Assembly: GCA_028279595.1 (NCBI GenBank)
Contig: JANQNK010000020.1
Location: 1-64,000, forward strand
Source: Thermoplasmatota archaeon
GTDB taxonomy: Archaea; Thermoplasmatota; JAKEGO01
Direction: 5' to 3'
Length of the DNA: 64,000 bases
Shown here: positions 55,259-64,000 of the stretch, piece after piece
Layout of the letters: each line of letters begins with the position of its first letter
How positions within the stretch are numbered: position 1 is the stretch's first letter
Translations under genes and position numbers: made by a program
The notes under the pieces: generated by a model
The model's input: the letters and a program-made list of their open reading frames with translations, nothing else
The model's database searches: none
What the model was told of the DNA's origin: nothing

Positions 55259-58200
55259 TTATGCCGGTCCCTTCCTACGTGGTTTCCTTGCCTTTTTACC
55301 TGTACGAAGGACATCCTTGTATTCGTCAGTTATATGGCAGCCCCATTTCCGCTCTGAAGATACAACACCCTTCGCCTTCAGGTCCTTGACGTGATAGGCG
55401 ACCGTCGACTGCGTGATATCAAGACGTGAAGCCAGCTCTCTCTGCTTGATACCGGGCTGTTTAATGATCTGCATCACAACCCTCTTCTCTACGTCGCTCA
55501 GAACGACGTCTGGGACCCTGTAGCCGTAAGGATAGAACCTCCGATACATTCCATCCGGACGTGATTTGATGAAACCACCGGATTCGAGCACCCGCAGGTG
55601 GTATCCGGTGGTCCCGTTCTTCAGGTCGAGTTCCTTCTTGATCCTGTTGAAGTGGGAACCCGGATTCTCGTTGAGGTAGAGTACGATGCGACCCCTGGTC
55701 TCATGGTCGGTGATGGCTTCCTTCTTCAGTTTGGAATATAGTGGGAACAGGAGAGGGATAGCGAAGTAGCGTCCTCTGTCGATGGCCCACAGGCCTGCGA
55801 ATCCTGCTCCGAGGAGGCCGATGGAGGCTCCGACGAAGATCCATGTAACGAAGACCGGATCTGTGGAATCTCCAATATCATCGAGAGATATCGTCCCTCG
55901 CGCTGTTCCGGAGTTCAGTTTTTCGTTATCATCGGAATAGCTTGTCGCCGTGATGTTGAAGCTTACCGAACCGCTAGCATTCAATGGTACCAGCGCCGAG
56001 ATCCTAGCCTCTTTCTCGGAACCCGGTAGGATGTAAAGACTTTGATTGGTGATCGTGACCCATTCGCTATCGACCGTCAAACGGATCATCTGGGGAACGT
56101 TACCCTGATTTTCCACCGTAAGGTCATACTTGACCTTATCACCGGGATCGGCGCCGGACGTCAATCGGTTCAATCCCAGTGAGAAAGAATAATCGGCCCC
56201 ACTAGCTGTGACAGTTGTCTGTTCTGAACCGACCATCTGATCTTCGTGTAGAACGACGACCTCGAATGTATAATCTCCAGATTCGTTCAGTGAGACGCTG
56301 AATGTGAGATTCGTATAGCTCGTACCTGGGGAAAGGATCAAAACCTGAGACGAATTCTTAACTACGGCGTCTTCCCGCTTTGTATTCAATCTTACTGTAA
56401 GATTGGATTCATGAGGGATCCCCGAATGGTAACCAAGGGTGATCGTCACATTAAGGGATTCACCTGTGACCACGTACCCATCATAGGAGATGTCTGCTGT
56501 AACCTCGAGTGACCGATTGAGCCATTTCTCTGGTGGGCTGTACGGATCCATAAGGGGATAGGAGTCGATCGTGCCAGTACCGTTATGGATGTAGTACGGA
56601 ACATCACCGATTCCATCTTTATCATTGTCCTTTCCAGTATAGTCGCTCCAGTAGTTACCCTCAGATCCATCGTCCCACGTGGTGGCAATACCTACATTCG
56701 TAACCTGGTGACGATCCTCATTGTGAATATAGAAGTTATTATGATGAATTGTCGAGTTTATACAGGTCTTTGTAATGTAGAGCGCAAGTTCATCACCAAG
56801 TGTGAACTCATTGGCCCACACCATGGTATCGAGAGACGAATAATCGATGACGATACTGCTGTAGGTATCGGAGTTCCCACGGAACCTGTTGCTTGAGATG
56901 TTCGTGTCCTCCGAGTACAACAGGCGGACCCCCGTTTCGGAAGAACGAATCTCATTATCGACTATTCGGTTACCCTTGGATCTGTGAAGATATATCCCCC
57001 ACTCACAGGTCTCGATGGAATTGTTCATCAACAGGTTGTCGTCTGAATATATCAGTGAAATGCCAGAATAGGATTGGTTTGAGACCGTGTTCTCACGGAC
57101 GATGTTGTTCCGGCAGAATCCCATCTGTATGCCAATTCCCGAATGATTGACAAGATTCCCTTCGACGATCACATACTCACAGGCTGCCATTATTATATGG
57201 CGGGAGGTTCCGTTCACAACTCCTCCACTAGCATTCTTTACGTAGATTATCGGGCTGCCATCGATCTGGTTTGACTGATCGATACTGTGTGTGTTCCAGT
57301 TCGCTTTGTAATGTCCGTAGATGTTGATCCCACAGTTCGAAAAGGTATTATTCGATACTACGGTCCGATTCGAATGCCAGATGCCCAAACCATATTCTGC
57401 ATCGACGACACGATTGTGGATGATGCGATTATCATCGGACCACGCGATGTGGATTGACCGTCTTGAATCACTGAAACTACACGACTCGATCAGGTTCCCT
57501 TTCGCCCCGTCCTCAAGGGCGATCCCTCTCTCGATGTCGGATAAGTGGATATTCAGGAGCGAGCACTGATCAGAGTCCACCAATATTCCGTTCCGGGGTC
57601 TATACTTGGTGCCTTCCTCGATGCCAAGACCTTCGATCATTACGTTATTACTCTTTACCCAGACCACTGACATCTCCTCGTCCGAGCCCGCTTCCAGCGT
57701 GGTGTTGGATGAACCATTTCCTATGATATCCAACCTCTTTTCGATGATGATTGATTCCTCGTATTCACCAGCGTAGATGTTAATGATGTCAAAGTCTGTC
57801 GCATGTTCGAGTGCATCCTGGATCAACGAGAAATCAGCCCACGAACCATTGTCATCATCCACGATCCAGGTCTGTGGAATCATATCATTTGAGCCGGACC
57901 CATTCGGATTCATAAGAGGAAAAAGGTCCGCGATGAGCAAACTGCCGTTGATCACATAGGGTATATCGCCGATCCCATCGTTGTTCACGTCGGTCCCATT
58001 GTAATCCGACCAGTAATTGCCACGTTTTCCATGATGCCATGTAACGTTGTTACCGTCATCCTGAGCGTTCTCCGTGTTATCTATCAGAGCATTTTGATAG
58101 ATAATGCCATAGGTGTTGGACTCGTTCTGGTCTTTTACTCTTCCCCAGAGCTCGATACCTATCTTCGAATTGTTCTGGATCGTGTTGTTATTTATAATGA

Positions 58201-60718
58201 CGTCCGTGATGTCTCTGCCGGCACCGATCATGTTAGCATAGATTCCTATACCAATGTTCGAATTGTTCGAGAAGGTATTGTGATGGATATGGAGTTCATC
58301 TCCGAATCCCGTGACCCTCAATCCGTATTCGTTATTTTCACACGTATTATTGACGATCTCCAAGTCATCCGGCTTGTAGACATCGATACCTATCCAGGAA
58401 TTTCCGGCACAGATATTGTCGACCACTGTACTTCCACTCGATTCACCTACATATATCCCTACGAAGCAGTTCTCTAGATAGTTAGAACCGATCAACGAAT
58501 CATTGCCCCCACTTATGATTCCGGAGACTGAATCGGTACAGTTAAGAATGATGTTTTTTAACACGGTACAGTTCGATGACCACTGGATCCTGACACCGCC
58601 GCCATTTCCTTCGATATAATTTGCGTTTATTTCGCTCATCCACGATTCCCGGATAGCGATCCCCTTCTGAGTATTGTTAATGATAGTGCATTCATTGATC
58701 GTCAATTCGTCTACTCCTTCCGAGTTGATACCGTGATGACCGTTGTTCAGGATGGACGAATATGATATTGACACATCCTCTGAATCAAACAGGCCAATAC
58801 CACGATGATAACTATCCTGAATGACGCAGTTGAAGACTGTCACCACCTCGCTTTTATCAACCGTCAATCCGTACTGACCGCTGTTCGTGATAGTGACGTT
58901 CTCTAACCTGATCTGTGTGCTGTGCTTTACTAGCAGTGAGGATACCGGTCCATTCTCGGTCCAACCCCCTCCACCCATGATCGTTAGGTTAAAGACGGAA
59001 GCTCCATTGCTTCTTACCTTTAGTGCTGATTCATTCACGGCACCATTGATGATAGTTCCGGTTCCATTCCCACGTACGGTCAGCTGATCCTTCTCGAGTA
59101 TGACCGATTCGCCATATGTCCCCTCATATACGTAGATGATGTCTCCGGTCCATGAATTGTCGATCGCGTCCTGGATGCGAGTGAAATCTGCCCATGATCC
59201 ATTGTCGGCGTCGACTATCCACTTTCTCGGGTCCCTTGATGGATCGATATCGGGAATTGATCCATTCATCGGACGCATCAATGGATATTTATCCGATCGG
59301 TTACCATCTCCGTCGATGTGGTACGGTTTGTCTCCCACACCGTCTTCATCAGAATCATTACCGTTATAATCTGACCAGTAATTACCGTGTCTGTGATAGT
59401 ACCATGTGATGTTATGACCATCATCGACAGCTTGGTTAGTATTGTTAATGATTGAATTCTCGTAGATCACACCCCAGGCCCTGCTCATCTCCTCATCCTC
59501 GATCTCACCCCAGAGCTCGATACCGAGATTATCATTGTTGGCTATCGTGTTGTTCCAAATCACGAGATTTCTCAGCTCGGAGTCATCATTTTTAATCTGA
59601 GCATAGATACCAATTCCATTGACCGCACTGGTCGTGATGGTATTCTGAAAGACATCGACCTCGTCACCAATACCAATGATCCTCAATCCATCCTCACCAC
59701 TATCCACACATGTATTATTGATGATGTGGTAGTCCAATGGATTGTACACCTGGATACCAAGAAAACGATTGCCGTAACAGATGTTGTCACGCACTGTAAT
59801 GTTGACCGATTGTCGCGGCGAGATCCCGCTACTGCAATTGAAAATGTAGTTATCCTCAATCAAGGAATCCGAAACCTCCCAGAAATGAATACCAGAGTGA
59901 CTGCCGTTCATTACCACATTAGATCTAATTATAAATCTAGTCGTTTCACTGCCAATATTGATGCCACCGGAACTGTCCTCAACGTGATTGTCACTAATCA
60001 GCCCGATGTCCGAAAATCGGCTCTGGATCCCGTCATAGGTATTGTTTGCAACCAGGCAACCGCTGACCGTCAGATCGTCGGAATAACGTGCACAGATTCC
60101 GAGGTCGTAGTTATCTCTCACAGAGGTGTTTGAAACTGTTACAGCGTTCGAATTGACTATGTAAACGGCACGGTCGAGAATGAATTGGATAGTACAGTCG
60201 TGGATGATGACGTCCTCACTGTTCTCGACATATATACCGAAATATTCTCCATCTTTCACGGACACGTTGGTCAAATTGACATATTGGGCATGGTCAACAT
60301 ATACAGAAGGTATCGTAGCGTTACCACTCCCATCTTCCCCACCACCGAACACCGAAATATTCTCGATACCGATCGAATCGCCTTGGATATCAAGCACCGT
60401 CTCGCCAGATGTTCCATTTACGATACAAATATCAGATGCATTGCCCAGGATGGAGATGTCATTCTTGTCAACCAGGACCGATTCGTAGTAGATGCCTTCG
60501 AAAATACGGACATCATCCCCACCGGTCGAATTATCTATTGCGTCCTGTATCAACTGGAAGTCCGCCCAAGATCCGCTATCGTCATCGACGACCCAGGTTC
60601 TTCCTTGTGCGTCTGTGGACAGGACCAATAGAAGAACCAGGACCAAGGATACCGCTATCAATACCCTTCGATAGAGCCGGAAACCATCGCGATTGTCACT
60701 ATTTTCTTGTCCCCTCAT
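55259..60718 (-). CDS. Triple beta-helix (NosD) + Ig/CARDB-like + TM + double winged-helix protein
   Basis: Three W.VD.D.GSWADF..IQDA...GNYWSDY.G.D..DG.GD.PY cassettes; ENQGNVPQ domain; TM; NPGSHFN.IKK.L.LKNGT.GYHL.VLE and PGIKQRELA. Confidence 0.88.
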   Translation of the reverse strand: MRGQENSDNRDGFRLYRRVLIAVSLVLVLLLVLSTDAQGRTWVVDDDSGSWADFQLIQDAIDNSTGGDDVRIFEGIYYESVLVDKNDISILGNASDICIVNGTSGETVLDIQGDSIGIENISVFGGGEDGSGNATIPSVYVDHAQYVNLTNVSVKDGEYFGIYVENSEDVIIHDCTIQFILDRAVYIVNSNAVTVSNTSVRDNYDLGICARYSDDLTVSGCLVANNTYDGIQSRFSDIGLISDNHVEDSSGGINIGSETTRFIIRSNVVMNGSHSGIHFWEVSDSLIEDNYIFNCSSGISPRQSVNITVRDNICYGNRFLGIQVYNPLDYHIINNTCVDSGEDGLRIIGIGDEVDVFQNTITTSAVNGIGIYAQIKNDDSELRNLVIWNNTIANNDNLGIELWGEIEDEEMSRAWGVIYENSIINNTNQAVDDGHNITWYYHRHGNYWSDYNGNDSDEDGVGDKPYHIDGDGNRSDKYPLMRPMNGSIPDIDPSRDPRKWIVDADNGSWADFTRIQDAIDNSWTGDIIYVYEGTYGESVILEKDQLTVRGNGTGTIINGAVNESALKVRSNGASVFNLTIMGGGGWTENGPVSSLLVKHSTQIRLENVTITNSGQYGLTVDKSEVVTVFNCVIQDSYHRGIGLFDSEDVSISYSSILNNGHHGINSEGVDELTINECTIINNTQKGIAIRESWMSEINANYIEGNGGGVRIQWSSNCTVLKNIILNCTDSVSGIISGGNDSLIGSNYLENCFVGIYVGESSGSTVVDNICAGNSWIGIDVYKPDDLEIVNNTCENNEYGLRVTGFGDELHIHHNTFSNNSNIGIGIYANMIGAGRDITDVIINNNTIQNNSKIGIELWGRVKDQNESNTYGIIYQNALIDNTENAQDDGNNVTWHHGKRGNYWSDYNGTDVNNDGIGDIPYVINGSLLIADLFPLMNPNGSGSNDMIPQTWIVDDDNGSWADFSLIQDALEHATDFDIINIYAGEYEESIIIEKRLDIIGNGSSNTTLEAGSDEEMSVVWVKSNNVMIEGLGIEEGTKYRPRNGILVDSDQCSLLNIHLSDIERGIALEDGAKGNLIESCSFSDSRRSIHIAWSDDNRIIHNRVVDAEYGLGIWHSNRTVVSNNTFSNCGINIYGHYKANWNTHSIDQSNQIDGSPIIYVKNASGGVVNGTSRHIIMAACEYVIVEGNLVNHSGIGIQMGFCRNNIVRENTVSNQSYSGISLIYSDDNLLMNNSIETCEWGIYLHRSKGNRIVDNEIRSSETGVRLLYSEDTNISSNRFRGNSDTYSSIVIDYSSLDTMVWANEFTLGDELALYITKTCINSTIHHNNFYIHNEDRHQVTNVGIATTWDDGSEGNYWSDYTGKDNDKDGIGDVPYYIHNGTGTIDSYPLMDPYSPPEKWLNRSLEVTADISYDGYVVTGESLNVTITLGYHSGIPHESNLTVRLNTKREDAVVKNSSQVLILSPGTSYTNLTFSVSLNESGDYTFEVVVLHEDQMVGSEQTTVTASGADYSFSLGLNRLTSGADPGDKVKYDLTVENQGNVPQMIRLTVDSEWVTITNQSLYILPGSEKEARISALVPLNASGSVSFNITATSYSDDNEKLNSGTARGTISLDDIGDSTDPVFVTWIFVGASIGLLGAGFAGLWAIDRGRYFAIPLLFPLYSKLKKEAITDHETRGRIVLYLNENPGSHFNRIKKELDLKNGTTGYHLRVLESGGFIKSRPDGMYRRFYPYGYRVPDVVLSDVEKRVVMQIIKQPGIKQRELASRLDITQSTVAYHVKDLKAKGVVSSERKWGCHITDEYKDVLRTGKKARKPRRKGPA

Positions 60719-60832
60719 ACTCTCCCCTCGACACCGTTCTTACGATGCCGTCATTATATGAGGAGATTGGGTTACTTCTCGATAATTCTTGCGATAAGCC
60801 CGGTTCCTGCGTTTTTAAACGGGCTAATACCT

Positions 60833-63800
60833 TCACAGCTTGTCCTTCTGGTCCTTCAGGATGGTCCTGTATTCATCGGTAAGCTGACAGCCGGTCTTCC
60901 GCGAATATGTGACGATACCCTTCTCCTTCAGGTCCTTGACGTGATAGGTGATAGTGGATGCCGATATCTTGAGTTTGGTCGACAGCCTCTTCTGGCTGAT
61001 CCCTGGGTTCTTGATTATCTCCATCACTATTTTCTTCTCCATGTTCCCCAGGTGGACGTTCGGGATTGAGTAGCCGTGGGGGTAGAATCGGCGGTACATC
61101 CCGTCGGAGACCGACTTGATGAATCCGCCCTTCTCAAGGACCCTGAGGTGATACCCCGCGGTACCGTTCTTCAGGTCCAATTGTTTCTTGATCTTGTTGA
61201 AGTGAGCTCCTGGGTCATTATCGAGATACACTACGATCCTGCCTCGGATGTCGTGGTCTTGGATATTGTCTCTCTTGAGTTTAGAATAGAGCGGTGAAAG
61301 GAACGGTATTGCTAGATATCGACCACGATCGGTCGACCAGACGCCAACCAACCCGATGGCTCCAAGAGCCGTGACACCAAGGAATATCCATAACAACCCT
61401 ATCGGGTCGGCAGTGGGGTCTGAGACCGTTATTTCCACCGATGCTGAACCCGAGTTGTAGACCTCATCGTCCAAAGATATGCTCTCTGTCAGGATTGTGA
61501 AGTTGACCACACCTTCGGCTCCTGAAGGGATCGTTGCTGTCACCGTCGTTGTCCCCTCGGAATGAGGTAGAATGTAGATCGTTATGTTGTCGATTACTAT
61601 CCAATCCTCCTCGCACGATAATCTGAACCTTTGAGGGACATTCCCTTGATTCTCGATAGTAAGAGTATATTCGACTTCATCTTCTGGCTTCGCTTTTGAT
61701 GACGAGCGGTCCATCGTCACCTTGAACGAATGGTCCCTCACTTCGCTCAGGATGGCTGCCTCGGCTGTTTCGACCTCGACATCATCGTGAATGACCTTAC
61801 CCTTGAAGGTGTAGTTACCTGATTCGTTCAGGTAGAGTGATTGTTCCAATGTCTGATTCCACTGACCTACCGGAATAGTGATATTACCCTGGATGGTAGA
61901 ATAGTGCTCTCCATCGAGCTGGATTTCGATCTCGACCGTTGCATATGTTTCTTCAGGATCCGCTGAGGCTGACTCGAGGACGATGACCACGGTTATGGTC
62001 TCCCCCTTTATCGTTTCACCTATTGTCCAGATCTCGGAGGAAACATCAACTGATGTCCCTGGCTCCATCAACGGGTAGGGGTCTTTCGCACTGTCGTTCC
62101 CATCGAGGAAATAGGGGGTGTCACCGATACCGTCCCCATCGTCGTCCGACCCTGTATAATCAGACCAGTAGTTGCCTCTTTTCGCCATGTACCAATAATT
62201 GTACGTGGTGTCATCGAACCCCTGGGAGTAAGGTCCATTATTGGAATTGAACGAATTAAGACTCAGGGTATTGTTGCGGCTGTAGACCGGATCATGGAAG
62301 ATGTTCAGGTAACTCCTCACCACGATTCCATGCTCTCCATTTCCATCAATGCTATTATTGAGGATGAGGTTCCCATCACTTCGATAGACCTCGATCCCTG
62401 CAATGGTATTATTGAATATGTGATTCGATCCGATTACATTGTCATCGCTGTCTTCCAAATAGATACCCGTACCCAGCGTCTGATTTGGGAAATACCTCTC
62501 GTCATAATATGGTCCGGTACCCTGAACTTCACACCCAAGGATTCGAGACTCATTTCCCATTGAAATGTAGATAGCATATTGGTGATTATCGTTAAATGAA
62601 CATCTTTCAATTGCCGTGTATTCTCCACCAAATTGCGATACGCCTCTCACAAACCCAGTCACTGAGGACCTTGCCAGTGAGAAATTACTGGACTTGTACA
62701 ACTTAATCCCCGTCAATCCGGTTCCTTTTACGTCAACGTTCGAGACCGTGATGTTATTTGAGAATCCGATCTGAACGCTCGATAGGTTCATGATTTCATT
62801 CTCATTGAATATTGTGAAGTCTGTAACATTGGCAAGGATGAAACAGGATTGGAGTCCGGAGCCCATACCGCCCGTCCGATTTCTGATGTAACTCACTTCC
62901 CTACCATCCATGGTGTTCGAGTCGAATGTATGTGTCGTCCAGTCTTCAAGAACCTCACCAGTCATGATAATGGAGGCATTATCGAATTGATTCCTTTCAA
63001 TAGAAATCTCACGAGACCTATAGATGGTCAGTCCCTCCTTCAAATCGGTGAACCTGCAGCTAATAACCTTGACTCCCGACGATTCCTGGATATATATACC
63101 ATCATCGTCCCCGGAGGAGAAGGTGCAGTTGGAGATGATCCAATCATCACAGCGAGGTAGATAGATGCTCCATCCAGAGATGTCCTCAAAGACGGAATTC
63201 ACGATTCTACTGCCATCCCGACTTCCCCATATCCCGCGTGAATCCATAAAAATGCAATTCCGGACCAAGTTGTTGTTACCACTTAGATCAATTCCCCTGG
63301 TTCCGTTGTCAAATACAATATTTTCTATAAGACAGTCATCTGCATGAACGTGAATCCCATCTCGGTTACTGTTTTCAACTATTCGGAGGCCGATTAGACG
63401 CGTGTCATCTTCTAAGATACTGACGTAATTATGTCCGCAGATAATTCTTGACCGATGCGATTCGTTGCCAATGATCGTGACACTTTTTCGAGCGTCAAAA
63501 TCAACGTGATCACCATCGAAAGCTACTACGTAATCACCGTTATTTGCATTATCAATGGCAGCCCTGATCGCCTTATAGTCGTTCCACCAGCCGTCATCGT
63601 CGTCAACGACCCATACCTTGATTCCCTCAGCTTCGACGCCGTCCCACTCCTCGTCAATAGGATGATCGTCTGTGGCGCCCGTCTTTCCCAAGAGGATGTA
63701 TGGTTCTTCACTCTCATGATCCGACCAGAAGTTACCCGCGTCACCATTATCCCAAATGTTGAAATAACCATCGTCAAACGCCTGGCTCGAGTTTCCATTG

Positions 63801-64000
63801 TTATCGATGAAATTGTTGTGGTGGATCAAATTGTATGCGGATCCACCCTCTGACTGGATTCCGTACCCCTCATTGTACATGATGTCATTATAAATGATCT
63901 CGTTCACTGTAGCACCCTCATCAATGACAATACCGAGGGCATCCCCCATTCCATCGATTTGGTTGTTCGATATTTCATTGTAATGTATCTGGTTCCGGAT
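60833..64000 (-). CDS. Paralogous beta-helix + Ig/CARDB-like + TM + double winged-helix protein (5' partial)
   Basis: Frame stays open to the window end (IRNQIHYNEISNNQIDGM...); same C-terminal module as 55259-60718. Confidence 0.88.
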   Translation of the reverse strand: MRNQIHYNEISNNQIDGMGDALGIVIDEGATVNEIIYNDIMYNEGYGIQSEGGSAYNLIHHNNFIDNNGNSSQAFDDGYFNIWDNGDAGNFWSDHESEEPYILLGKTGATDDHPIDEEWDGVEAEGIKVWVVDDDDGWWNDYKAIRAAIDNANNGDYVVAFDGDHVDFDARKSVTIIGNESHRSRIICGHNYVSILEDDTRLIGLRIVENSNRDGIHVHADDCLIENIVFDNGTRGIDLSGNNNLVRNCIFMDSRGIWGSRDGSRIVNSVFEDISGWSIYLPRCDDWIISNCTFSSGDDDGIYIQESSGVKVISCRFTDLKEGLTIYRSREISIERNQFDNASIIMTGEVLEDWTTHTFDSNTMDGREVSYIRNRTGGMGSGLQSCFILANVTDFTIFNENEIMNLSSVQIGFSNNITVSNVDVKGTGLTGIKLYKSSNFSLARSSVTGFVRGVSQFGGEYTAIERCSFNDNHQYAIYISMGNESRILGCEVQGTGPYYDERYFPNQTLGTGIYLEDSDDNVIGSNHIFNNTIAGIEVYRSDGNLILNNSIDGNGEHGIVVRSYLNIFHDPVYSRNNTLSLNSFNSNNGPYSQGFDDTTYNYWYMAKRGNYWSDYTGSDDDGDGIGDTPYFLDGNDSAKDPYPLMEPGTSVDVSSEIWTIGETIKGETITVVIVLESASADPEETYATVEIEIQLDGEHYSTIQGNITIPVGQWNQTLEQSLYLNESGNYTFKGKVIHDDVEVETAEAAILSEVRDHSFKVTMDRSSSKAKPEDEVEYTLTIENQGNVPQRFRLSCEEDWIVIDNITIYILPHSEGTTTVTATIPSGAEGVVNFTILTESISLDDEVYNSGSASVEITVSDPTADPIGLLWIFLGVTALGAIGLVGVWSTDRGRYLAIPFLSPLYSKLKRDNIQDHDIRGRIVVYLDNDPGAHFNKIKKQLDLKNGTAGYHLRVLEKGGFIKSVSDGMYRRFYPHGYSIPNVHLGNMEKKIVMEIIKNPGISQKRLSTKLKISASTITYHVKDLKEKGIVTYSRKTGCQLTDEYRTILKDQKDKL

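Noticed and set aside
1-64000. Prophage, transposon, integron, CRISPR-Cas or DGR
   Set aside because: No integrase, transposase, reverse transcriptase, capsid or cas genes, and no terminal inverted repeats recognised.

Overview
GC-rich archaeal chromosomal segment, most likely from an uncultured Thermoplasmatota (Thermoplasmata-like) lineage. This rests on archaeal TFB/Gar1, Rpo6-uS2, class I CCA enzyme, deoxyhypusine synthase, PheRS beta, a stand-alone 5S rRNA gene, TATA-box promoters and many NosD-type surface proteins. Housekeeping genes alternate with very large secreted or membrane proteins: a double transglutaminase/TSP3/Ig protein, a gingipain-like C25 peptidase, five beta-helix proteins (three ending in TM + cytoplasmic winged-helix), a 1400-aa acidic DxDxDG-repeat protein and a thioester alpha-2-macroglobulin. 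The most striking observations are: (1) a two-gene locus with eukaryote-like ubiquitin-ligase architecture, RING-(UBC/RWD)x3-RING (FANCL-like), next to a membrane-anchored RING protein with a similar promoter; (2) an unannotated three-hairpin box H/ACA guide RNA with pockets matching 23S U1915 and U2586 equivalents; (3) an alpha-2-macroglobulin with a transmembrane hairpin in its bait region; (4) a clustered archaeal-type mevalonate pathway (MVK, AMPD/UbiD, PMDh L/S, UbiX) containing an LpdD-like prenyl-FMN chaperone and a kinetoplastid-like MVK; (5) a family of transmembrane one-component regulators with exchangeable, lower-GC beta-helix ectodomains. No CRISPR array, tRNA or mobile element was found. 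All family assignments come from motif recognition by eye; no database search was run.
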